Source of the DNA: Setoptus koraiensis
Lineage: Eukaryota > Animalia > Arthropoda
Assembly (NCBI GenBank): GCA_048013815.1
Contig: CM106585.1
Location: forward strand, 930,001-994,000
Direction: 5' to 3'
DNA: 64,000 nt
The notes beneath the pieces were generated by a model, which saw only the letters and a list, made by a program, of their open reading frames with translations, ran no database searches and had not been told where the DNA came from. Made by a program: the position numbers and the translations under genes. Shown here piece by piece: positions 49,540-61,151 of this stretch. Numbering within the stretch: the first letter of the stretch is position 1; each line of letters starts with the position of its first letter.

Positions 49540-52500
49540 GCTCATGTGAACAAGGGCGACATAAAGTTTTCACTGTCGTCTGCACTCAACTTTGTATAGT
49601 TGACAGAGCACACAAGTTTACCTGTGCTCGTCATTGCCTGTCGGCTGTTATTATTGGCGCAACGTCGAATGTTTTATTTTAAAAAGTTTGCTCTTAAACT
49701 GGGCGACGCTGACAGAGCCAGCCAGTTGGCTGACATGTAAACGGCGACGCTTCGAGCGGCTGACAATTGTGAAACTCAATCACATTCGTCACATCATGGC
49801 TGACTCACGGGCTGGTTGTTGTGTGAACTGGCCGCTGCCACTGAGACAATTCACGTAGGCTAGTGAGTCGCAAATTAAAAGTTCAACCACACTACAGTTA
49901 TGATTATCGTTTCGTTGAGCCGTTTCGCTGTGCCGATTGTAACTTTCGTTGGTGCCATTCACATACGCACTACATACACACACAGCGAACAATGTAAGCT
50001 GTTTGTGTTAGCGCCAAACACAGCGCAACGGACGATATTAATCATCAACTGTCACCGGGCCATCAATTGGGCACTGGCCAACTTTGCCAGCTCGGCCAAA
50101 GCTGACACTTGGAGAGCGGCCACAAGCGACCGGCCAACATTCATTGGTCGCCAGTGCGTATGTTATTGTTGGCGACCATAATAATAGTAATGATAATAAT
50201 AGTAATAGTGATAATAAGGCGTCCGCTAATACTTCTGGTCGGCAAACGCCACGGTTGCCTAGTGATTCACTACTAGTGAATTCCTGAGGCCCGTCGCAAA
50301 CTGCGCAAACGGTGCAGTGCGCGCGTCACCAAACCCGCGATGGGCGCCCCTCGTGTGTGCAACAGTGCGCACAGCCACGGTCGCGCAGCACCCAGGTGAG
50401 CGCACGGCATAGAGCGTCAGAGGCAGCCCATTGGCATGGGCCGACAAGCGGCCACCGACAAGCGACGAATAATAGCGATAATGGGCGATAATGGGCAAGA
50501 ATCTTAAGTGATTGTCATCATCATTTGTTTGCATCAGTGGCGGCCACTAGATTTGCTCGCACCAACGTACGCACAAACGTACGTAGGCATAAATGCACAA
50601 ATGAAGCTACAAACGTATTGTGGGCCCATTGTGAGGCGCGCAGCAGTGCGCTCAGTAGTGCGAGGTGGCCGCGGTTATTTGTGGCCGCTGGCGCGACGAT
50701 AAAGACGTCAATGTGGCCGAAATGAGACAACAATGACATGGGCAAATCGGGCCAAGAATAGGCCCACTTTTGTAGCGACTAGCGGCTATCGTTGGACGGC
50801 AGCAGCAGGCGTTGGGGCAAGGTTAAGGTCGACACACACGCACGGTTGGTTGGAAAATGTTTGAAAAAGCGGCTCGGAATAACATTTATGGCGGTGTTAG
50901 TCGTAGTGTTAATAATTGTTGCTGATGATGTTGTTGTTTGTGAGCATATGCAAATGTTGCTATGTGTTTGCTTGTCGTTGTCGCACTGATTGTTGTCTCA
51001 TTATGGTGGTGCCGTTGTGGCGCACAATGGCGCACAATGGCACCACCACCGTACGTCTGTCAAGAATCCAGGTGAATTATCGATTATTCTTCTTGCTGGC
51101 TTATACTGGCTTACGCTTATACCGGCTCACGCTGCCTGACGCTGCCTCATACTGGCTCATGCACAATGCGCAGCACAACCGACAACAATGCGGCCTTATC
51201 TGGCTTTATCTGGCTGCAAAGTGAGGCAGCGGATTTAATTCTAACATCTAAATAGTATCAGTGGTAGCACAATTAAAGTAAAGTCCAGCAAAATACTTTG
51301 CGCGTCACTGTGCACTCAAGAAGCGCCGGTGTGCACTTTTTTAGCGTGCCCAATGAAACGATTCGTTCGCAGGTTTCAATGGCTGGCCAATGGCATCCGT
51401 TGGCCACGGTATCGCCCATGGGGGGACTCTAAACTTTAAACGAATACAAGTAAAACTAATGTGAGGACAAATGCTCGCTTCCATTGTTGCCTGACAGAGG
51501 CAGAGTTGCTTTTTGTGGTCGCTGTTTGGCATTTTGAGAGAACGGGACAAAACTGCAAGACAAACAACGACAAACATCAGTATCAATTCAATCATCTGTG
51601 GACAAACAATCGCCGCCATAATGAAGCCATAGACGTCAGTGCGTGCGGTGTGCGCCTCACTGGCCCGTTTATGCCTGTCATGCCCGTGCAACGCGGGCCC
51701 GGCCTCCGCCGGACCCGTGACAATCGCCTAAATCATTGCTTCTCGTCTGTCAATTATCGCTCCCAATCGATTCTTGCGCTCTCGTCGCTGCCCGTAGCCG
51801 CTCGTGGCCGCTCTTGGCCGCTCTTGGCCGCTCGTCGTTGCCCGTCGCTCTCATCGCTGCCCGCGGCCGCTCGTCGATTCTCGTCGGATTCGCTTGAATT
51901 CGCTTGAATTCGCAGTTGTCAGTTGTCGGTCTCAGCTCTGATTCAATTGGCGTTTATTCGATTCGATGGCCAATCTGATCCAATTCGATCTGATTCAATT
52001 CAATCATTGCGGCGTCGCTAATGGATCAATTCGCAACGACCGCATTACCTGGCCCACATGACAGCGCATGCAAATGCGTCGCTCCACTCGGGCCCACATG
52101 CCACAGGCACCGCTGTCAGTGCCGTTGTCAGTGGCGCTGGCGCGGGCCCGGCGCCCCGTCTGTCGGCCGGCCGAGCGGTGGCCGCACGACTCTCGATGCG
52201 TTGGAATTTGCCCGTGCAGCGAAACGAGCCAACAGGCAACAGCAACAGTGACAGTGACAGCAACGGTGATATGAGCGCTGATGGCAACAGCAACATGGGC
52301 ACTATATACGCGCCGTTAACGTATCAGGCACAATTATATTGAGTAGTGTGTCAATATAGTGGCACCATGGAAGCGAGCGCTCAGCTTCCGACCACCAACT
52401 GTCGACATTCAACATGACGCGATGAAAATCGTCGAGTTTATGTCAGTTTATGATGCCGGGCCGGGCATAAACACGACGCTCCGTTTCGAGTGCGCCAATC

Positions 52501-52605
52501 AACCATCGCGGCTCTCAAAAAACAAGAGGCCACGTCTCTTGGACGCACCGAGAGAATGCCCACAGAATGCCTCTCGATTGCCTCGCCTGCTCTCGCAGGC
52601 GAGGC

Positions 52606-52662
52606 AATCGAAAGAATCGAGAGAATCGAAAGAATCGAAAGAATCGAAAGAATCGAGAGAAT
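52606..52662. repeat. 9-bp tandem repeat (AATCGAAAG/AATCGAGAG), about 6 copies
   Basis: Seen directly; it produces the spurious SKESRE/IERIER ORFs. Confidence 0.92.
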
Positions 52663-53010
52663 AAAATCAATAAAAGTGTTGAGCAGGCACACATAACGAT
52701 ACAAGCGAGCGTCGGCAGCGGGCGAGCCTAATTTGAGGCCGGCGAAACAACGGCGAACGGCATGAATCGCAAATATCAATCAGCTCATCATCGAGCATGA
52801 TTAGCATTCGGTGTCACTATTGTTGTTTTATGGCCAATAGCGGGCGGCCACTTTGCGAGCAGCGCCGAGCGGCGTGTCTGTTTACTTTGAAGCGGCCGTC
52901 GCGAGATGAAATGGCGCAAATCTCAACATTAACGACGCTCATCATTTGAGTTAATGAACACTCACAGCTCACCTTGCTTGTGCAAACCTGTGCACACACC
53001 GGCCAACACA

Positions 53011-53065
53011 CGAGCGACAACAGACGAGCGACAACAGACGAGCGACATCAGACGAGCGACAACAG
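53011..53065. repeat. 14-bp tandem repeat CGAGCGACAACAGA, about 4 copies
   Basis: Seen directly, with one variant unit. Confidence 0.92.
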
Positions 53066-53220
53066 CGACCGGCCTAGAAGAGGTGCCACTCTCCGGCCAG
53101 ATTCATTGTCATTGTTGGCCGTCGGTGTTGGCTGTCGGTGTTGTGGCGCATTGTTTGCATGCTGGCTGCCTGTTGATGGGCGCCCACTCTCAGCCGGCTC
53201 TCGGCCGGCTCTCACACGCT

Positions 53221-53260
53221 CACAATGGCTCACAATGGCTCACAATGGCTCGCAATGGCC
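53221..53260. repeat. 10-bp tandem repeat CACAATGGCT, about 4 copies
   Basis: Seen directly in the sequence. Confidence 0.92.
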
Positions 53261-54212
53261 GGGCGGCGATTGTTTGCCTGGCACGGAATCGTTTGCTGGA
53301 CGGCGATGCGTTTGGCGCATACGAGGCACAGGTTGCAACAGGCCACTATCAATAAATGACTCTGTTGCCACAGGAAGCTGCTTCACCTACCAATCGTATG
53401 ATGCCAGTGGGATCATGACACTGTCGCCATCACACTGTGAGATGGCTACGCTTGTCGCACAGATTGTGATTATCGCCCATCGGCCGACAGCGCACACTGG
53501 CCAACAGCGGCGCGGCCCATTCGCGGCCGAAGCGAAACGAACAGATAATGGCCAAGCCCCCATCGGCTACTGTTGGCCCGGCCACAGCCAATGGAGCGCC
53601 ACCATTAGCCAGTTAATGGTGCCGCTGGCCGAGTGACGATTGATTGCTGCTGCAATTTGAATGTTGCTCTCTCTCTCTCTTTGAGACACACAGTTTGTAG
53701 CTCGCTTGCTTGTTGGCTGGCTGCAACGATTAGCATTGTCGAGCCACACACCGCAGCAACGCATCGTAGATTTAAGTATTGTAGTTTAAAGGTGTGCCCG
53801 CTTGCTGGCCGGCGAGCGCGCTGCATTCACCTTGAAATATAAATGCTTGTCGAAATATAAATGCAAAATCTCCATTGGCCATTGTGCCAACTGGCAACTC
53901 AATGCCAACTTGAGCATCGTAGGTGCCCTATTGCTGCCCGCTTGACCACTCTCCTTTGTTTCGGCTTGCCTGTGACGCTGGCCTGTCCACCCGCCATTGT
54001 GCACTCACTGCCGGCAGCAGCGCTAACAAGCGAGCCAAGCTGAGACTCCTATGACATTCTACATTGTACTTGTAAGAGAGCCTCAGAGATACTGTGACAC
54101 CCTGCGAGACCCTAGCAGCGATGCGCCGGCGTCTCGCCACACCAGTTTTATGTGGCCGCATAGGCGCTTGTTAGTGGCACTATGAGCACGCTCGGCACTG
54201 GCGCCAACGGCC

Positions 54213-54268
54213 AACATCCAAGAACCAAGAGCCAACATGAAACATCCAAGAATCAAGAGCCAACATGA
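54213..54268. repeat. 28-bp direct tandem duplication AACATCCAAGAA(C/T)CAAGAGCCAACATGA
   Basis: Two adjacent copies with one mismatch. Confidence 0.92.
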
Positions 54269-57200
54269 AACAGCCGACGGGCAAGCAAGCAACGCACTCA
54301 CGCAATCTGGCCATCATATGGCCCTCTCACATATCCCGACATTGGGAGACACCGACAACTTGAGAGCGGGCACTTGTGAGCTGGCGGCCACATAGCAGAG
54401 ATTAATTGTCACACATACAGCCAACAAGTGCAATAATGACAGTTGCCCAAATTGAGCCGAGCCAATTATCATCGCACGCCTGAGATGCGCGCACTTTGAA
54501 ACAGATATGCCAAGCAGAGATATTTCTACAGAGACAATTATACTCTGCTTGCCTCTGTCAAGTGTCGCACATTAGCAATCGCACACCAGCCAATGACTCA
54601 CTGTCACAGTGACTTTTTGCTGTCATTCACACAGTGTCAAAAGTATCACAATTCACTGGAAATTATAGACGGCCAACAATCATCTTTGTGGCTCAAATCT
54701 CTGCAACTTGCCACTGCCACAAATGATGCTTGCACGCGCTCACAGTGGCCACAGTTGGCGCACTTTGCCCACCGAAATGCTAATGGACTGCCCACTGGCA
54801 ATGCTTTCGTGCTCGCCAAGAATGTTCCTCTCTCATCTATTATCTGCGACGCTCTGTCGACGGCTCCTCTGCAACTGCGACCCCAACTGCAACTGCAACT
54901 GCAACCGCAACTGAAAACCAATACCAACATACGAACGCACCAACGTACGAATCTGGTTGGCAGCCAGTGCGCCAATCGAGTCACGTCAATTGTCGCTCCA
55001 AATCTCGTTGCTCTCTCGCCGTTTGTTTGTCGCTGGTGTCTGGTCGCGCTCGTCGACTCGCAATTGTCCGCTCCTTTGCGTCTCATGCTAACGACACACA
55101 CACATCAGATTAAAAGAGAGACACACAGAGAGAGATGAAATGAGATAATTGTAGCGAGCGCACAATCACTCGAGGCCATTCATATTCATGAGAATACGCA
55201 CACGCGGCCATTACTGCTCGTACAAGTCGCAAGTTTGGTTCGCTCACCGTTGCTCGTTACGCAATCCGATATCATTCGCTATCTCGTGTGTCCGATTTCT
55301 GCGCTCCTCCTACGATATTGCAACTTTATTCTCATGATGATACTCATGCTACTCTCATGATACTCGCTCACTCTTGCAACGCCGGCACTGTTGTCGGCGA
55401 TGACAACAATGATTATCCATCCATCTGACATTGCCAGCAATAGATAGAGAGCATCCCATAAATCCTATAAACACTGCGCTATCTGTATCAGTATAATAAT
55501 AAGTGCTGATAATTCATTGTTAGTATGATTTAGCAAGGCAGCACACTCATCACACACTGACCATATTGTGAGATGGGACAGTGGACACAAGCGAACAGTT
55601 GTGTCAATAAGTGATTAAGATTTGTTATTATGCAATTTGTTTATTCAACGTTCACTCTCACTCTTAAACGAGATAAGCCCATTGATACAGTGAAATGTGT
55701 GCAAAAGTTTACAGTTAATAACTCACTTCTGGCTTGCACTTGGCACACAGTATAAGCTTATTGTTGTTGCTGCCGGCTTTATCAGCAGCAGCAGACCAGC
55801 GACTAGTGATCAATTGCTGACCAACAAAGACAATTGAGCATTATCAGTTAGAATAACTTTATCAATCATGGCTGCTCTTTTCACACAAATCTTTTCTATT
55901 CAGACAAATTGATGCCGGCCACTAGCCACTAGGAAGTGACCACTACAAACTAGACACTATTGCACAACTAGACACTGTTGTACAACTAGATAGTATCACC
56001 TGTGGAAAGTGTATCTCTGACCGAATGTATTCGAGCCACAGACCCAATGTAAACAGATAGCATGATGAAATGGCTCAAAGTGACTGGCACTCAAATTCAC
56101 TATATTCGCTGGCTTCATTCCGCTTTCAGCACAAGAGCTATGACAGGCACAAGAGAGAAAAGAATGCGCCTAGGAAATAATGTGGAGCACCACTCGATAT
56201 AATAACATTTACTGCTAATGCCGTTGTTGTTGTTGTTGCTGCTGTTGATGTTGATGTTGCTGTTGCTGTGGTTGTTGTTGCAAGCAATTAGTTGAGCATC
56301 ACGTCATAAACAATTCTCGGCTATTTTGACTGACTGGCTGCATTTAATAATGCATTTGCAATTACCATAGACGAGCCACTGTCTCCTGGGGCATCTCCGA
56401 CTGTCCACTGGCATGTTGGCCGCTGTTGTGTCGGGCCGGCCCGGCCGCATGCAGCCGTATCAAGCCGAGTGGTATCATTTGTTAGTTTGGTAGCAACTAA
56501 TTGATTCCTTGTCAATCTGCTGTTGCACTGCCAGTCTCGCCGGTCGACTAGTGACTCAGTCTAGCATGCCAGCCATAGACACAGCACACACACTATACTC
56601 ATCCAGTATACACACCAACTCATCAAGTCTCAACAGCAACAACAACAACAACAACCTGATGACGCAACCTGACCGCGATCAACGCGCACATGATACGTCA
56701 CGACTCTCTGCTGTTGTTGTTGTTGCTGTCCATTTGTATCTCTTGCATATTGTACACTTCGTGAATGGTCAGATAAGTGATGCCAGTCGTCCAGTCGTCC
56801 AGTTGGCCGCTTGGCCAGTTGACCAGTCAGCCAGTCAGTCAGCCACATAGTGAGACAGTCAGATAGTGAGATAGTCAGACAGTCAGATAGCCAGGTAGTG
56901 AGCCAGCCAAGAGCAACAAACAAGCTGCCATGGTCGAAATCGAAGCTCCGAGGCATGTGGGGCAAACAGTGAGCGCAGGGCCAACATCCGCATAGTTTGC
57001 ACGTGAGCGTCACGATTTCTCTCTATATTTGGCTATGCTGTCCTCTGAGAAGCGCTGGATATTTTGGATAGTTGCTGCATTGGACAACAAGTGACTATTG
57101 GTAGCTGCATGGGATCATTAGTATTGACGACGACTAGATCATTAGCTTTTTCTCCTCTGACATTCTCAGACAGTGTGTATGATGTGCTGCTTGCATGATA

Positions 57201-57878
57201 CAAACAGATCGCTTGTGCTGCTCGCGAGGACAACTGCCAGTCGGGCCAATTGGACAGGCCAGTTCCGAGAAACAGCAGACCGAGAATAGAGAGAGAATAA
57301 AAAAACAATTTTCGCTTCAGGTGAATAAACACAACGAGATGAAATGTTATCAGCTGTTTAGCGCTGCATAATAACAGTGGCACTAGCAGTTGTTGTTAGA
57401 TACAGCAAGTGATGTAAGATAATACGCCAAGATGTATGTGATATTGCGACAAGCAACTTTGTACTAACAACTGTAAGAAATAATTCAAGAGAGCGACCCT
57501 CCATTACATAACAATGCACACACACACACACACACAAACATTTGCAGATTGCACTGTAACAATTGCATAAACGGAGATGGCCCGTGACCTGATGGTATCA
57601 GCGACAGCGGTGACAGTTAAATCGGCGACCTGATGATTCAGTATAAAGTTGTTGCTCATTACATACAAAGTAAGACAATACTTAAGACACAGATTGGCAA
57701 GAGCTAACCACTTTGCGCTGCTAAGTGAGCGAGAAATATCTACTATAAACGCAGCTCGTCAGGCCGACAGTTTCGACGGGATCGTTTGGCCGCTTGACTG
57801 GCTCGCTATGAGGCTGTGTAAGGCCAGATGACCAACTGACTCACTGGCTGGCTGATGGAGCAGCACACTGGCCACACA

Positions 57879-57960
57879 CAACAACAACAGCAACAGCAAC
57901 AACAACAGCAACAACAACAACAGCAACAACAACAGCAACAACGACGACGACGACGACGAC
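57879..57960. repeat. (CAA/CAG)n followed by (CGA)n trinucleotide tract
   Basis: Seen directly; it gives polyQ-polyR, polyL and polyC ORFs in different frames, none with support as coding. Confidence 0.93.
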
Positions 57961-59416
57961 GTAGAAGCAACAATTGTGTTTTGGTCATAGAGCATGACGT
58001 AATATCACGCAACAAATTCTTGCGAGCTCATGGTCACAAAATAGCAGCACACACAGTCAATAGAAAGCATTTTGTTGCTGGCAGCACAGTTGCCGGAGAG
58101 CCTCGAGAGACTCATTTAGCAGTAGTTTAGTCGGTATTTGTAGTGGTCGTCTTGGCCGTTGTCGGATATTAGTGGCTGTTGAGTGAAACAATTAAGTTTG
58201 TTGCTGCCGTTGCCGCTTACGGGCTGTTCAATGGTGCTACTTCTATACCCTATCAAATCATCAACATTTAATTTAGGCTAGTTTCAGTTGAGCAGCTCTT
58301 TGTTCGCTCTTTTTGCACTACTCTCGCCCTATCTCTATCTCTCTGTCTCTCTGTTCGTGTTTATATCTTTAGCTTGTTGTTTGGAGCAGTGGTGCTGTTG
58401 TGCTGGCTTGACCAATTGTATTGTTTTATCTCAGTCAACATCATCGCCGTCGTCGTCAGCGTAATCATTAAATGGTCATTAGGCTCACTAAACAACAAAA
58501 ACAACAATATAACCAGCAACAATGGTCAGGGCTCATCTTACGACACAATCTCAGCCTGGTTTCATCGTACCAGCGCTGCTTCTATTGCCACTGGTAACAC
58601 TGCTCTTAAAGATGCACGCTTCCAAGAGAGATGAAACAAGAGAGAATTTTATATCTTCGCTCTATATCTACGCCCAATTTTACTTCCTTCCTTCCCCCGG
58701 GCGCACACTATATTCTATCAATCTCGTTCATCATAAAAATAGTAATAATAGTAATAGCCGTAATAATAGTGCTAGTAATAATCGCAATAATAAGCGTTAC
58801 TGTGCCCGTTTAGTAGTAGTGATACTTTCATCTCGATTTGCCGGATCATTTGGCCGCCTCTGACCAACAGTCTTGTCGCTTTGCTGCTGGCTGCCGTTGT
58901 ACGTGCCGTGGCACAACGATGAACAATGGCGTCTATGGTTATTTGCCATGTTGCTCCATACAACAGACGCTGATGACGAAACTAGAGCGATGGGAACCAC
59001 ACACTCCGACTCTCTGGCCACCAAACAGCGCTGACCAACACTGACAATATCGAGAGTAGAATAGGTGGTGCCAAATGGAGACAGAGAGAGCCCCATTAAT
59101 GAACACACGATAGTGACGATGAATAATAGCGCAGGTACACATCACCTGAATACTTAATACACTGAATAATACATTACGACCACGACCACGACGACGACAA
59201 CAATGCTCCCAATTGCTGCACAATCTGAATGGGAAAGAGGCCTCGGCCGTTCCCTGGCAGCTCGCAAATGCTACCTGCTCGCCCCTCTGTCCACTGGCCG
59301 CTGCTGCTGACCTAAACGACTACCGAATTTCTCTTTCCTCTGTTGTTTTTTTATAGCCTCGGGGACAAACTCAAATTCATGCATTATCACGTTCTCTTTT
59401 ATATTCTTGAATACCC

Positions 59417-59419
<3 letters not shown>

Positions 59420-59449
<30 letters not shown>
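59420..59449. repeat. (CT)n microsatellite
   Basis: Seen directly in the sequence. Confidence 0.95.
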
Positions 59450-59451
<2 letters not shown>

Positions 59452-61104
59452 CTGTAATACAATGCGCTGTACATAATGCATTGCTGTGGACACTATCTTG
59501 CTCAACAACAACAACAAACATGCGGTGGGAACTATGATAATGATGATGCGCTGATTTGCGCTCGCTCTTATTCTATATATAACTACTTCATGTGTGCGTC
59601 TAGCGCCACGCCTAGCTGGCCACTCAAAAAAGGCCACGACAGGTGACGATTTGGCAGATGAGAGCGCCGGTGCCGCTCGAGGCGGCCAAAAACTAACCAA
59701 ACTCCAGGGCCACCAATTGCGGCCAAATCTGGTTGCGGTCACAGCGTGCTTGCTTCATTTGTCTATATTTGCGCGCCATATCAACCGGCGACTGACCACT
59801 GTCGCTGTCATCCAGCTCACTGGTCAACTAAAACTCGCCGCTGATGATGCAACTCATACAGTTATCGTCAAGTTGACTTACTAAATGACTAGTCACTAGC
59901 TGTGCCTTTTAATAACTTGTAATGGTGGCACTCATTACATAATAGGATGCTCTAAATATATATATTCCATTTCCAATTCTATTGCCGTACTGCTGGCATG
60001 GTTGTCGCTGTTGTTGGAGTTGGCGCTGTTGTTGCAGTGGCCGCTGTTTTGTTGTTGTTGCTGGTGCCCGTGAGCATCGCATGGTTCTGATGGTAACGGC
60101 ATCAACATAGTGGCAGCGTCACCAACCAAGCCAAACCAAGCAGCAGCAGCATCATCATGGTCAGCGTGGTCAAATTGAGTTCGCTAGTGGTTGTTGTCTC
60201 TCTACTCACTAGACTAATACTAACTAACTAGCTTGTTGTTGTTGCTGGTGCTGCTGTTGCCGTTGTTGCAGCGGCGGCAGCAGTTTCTTCTAATCATGAT
60301 GATGATGATGATGATGATTAGGTTTATTCAATGGTTGTTGTGGTTGCTGTTGTCGTTGATGATTGTGGTTGTGCGTGCGTTCATTATCTTGCTCTAGGCC
60401 AACTAGGCAACAAAAAGAATACAGAAGCACAGAGCAACGAAAACAACTAACACATACACAAACCACCACTACTGACATCATCATGGCTGTGTAAGATAAA
60501 ATATACAGAAATTATGATAGAGCCAGTGGTTGCAGTTGCACCATCCCTTCTTTATTGGGTCGTCATCGTCGTCGCCGTTCATTGCCGCTATCAGCCATGA
60601 CACAAACTTTTATCTAGAGTTGCAGCTTCGGTTGCTAGTGTGCACACTCAATACTGCTGACCATTTTCAATTGTGAATCATATCACAACAACGAGACATA
60701 TATATCTAGAGACCGAGAGCCTCATTACAGCCAGCGCCGCAACCAAGAGGCTCTGTGGATGAGAGTTTGCGTGCAACCACGCGATATGTTAGCCAGTGGT
60801 AGGTAGATACAGTATACAGGATATAGTGCGCTTCTGCCATCAATTATCCATCGTTCCAATTCGATCCGGGGTTCCACTGGACGTTAGGTGGCGTGACACT
60901 CGCCAGCGGTTCGGCTATAACATGGTTTCTGCCTCATTCTTCACTGCGTACAAGTTGTTCTCGGTTCTTGGTTGGATGGTCGTAAGCTGAAATCGGTAGC
61001 CGATATGGTAGTATGGTTGTGTATCAAATAATTAAGTGAGATGAGACTCTAGCTCTCAGTGGCCGAATAGTGGCAGTGGCAACAGTAACTAGTTCTCACT
61101 TTCT

Positions 61105-61151
61105 CCATTATTTGAACCATTATTCGAGCCATTATTTGAGCCATTATTGAG
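61105..61151. repeat. 12-bp tandem repeat CCATTATT(T/C)GAG, about 4 copies
   Basis: Seen directly in the sequence. Confidence 0.9.

Noticed and set aside
52606-54268. Short tandem repeats as a possible CRISPR-like array
   Set aside because: The units are adjacent with no unique spacers, there are no cas genes, and the context is eukaryotic.
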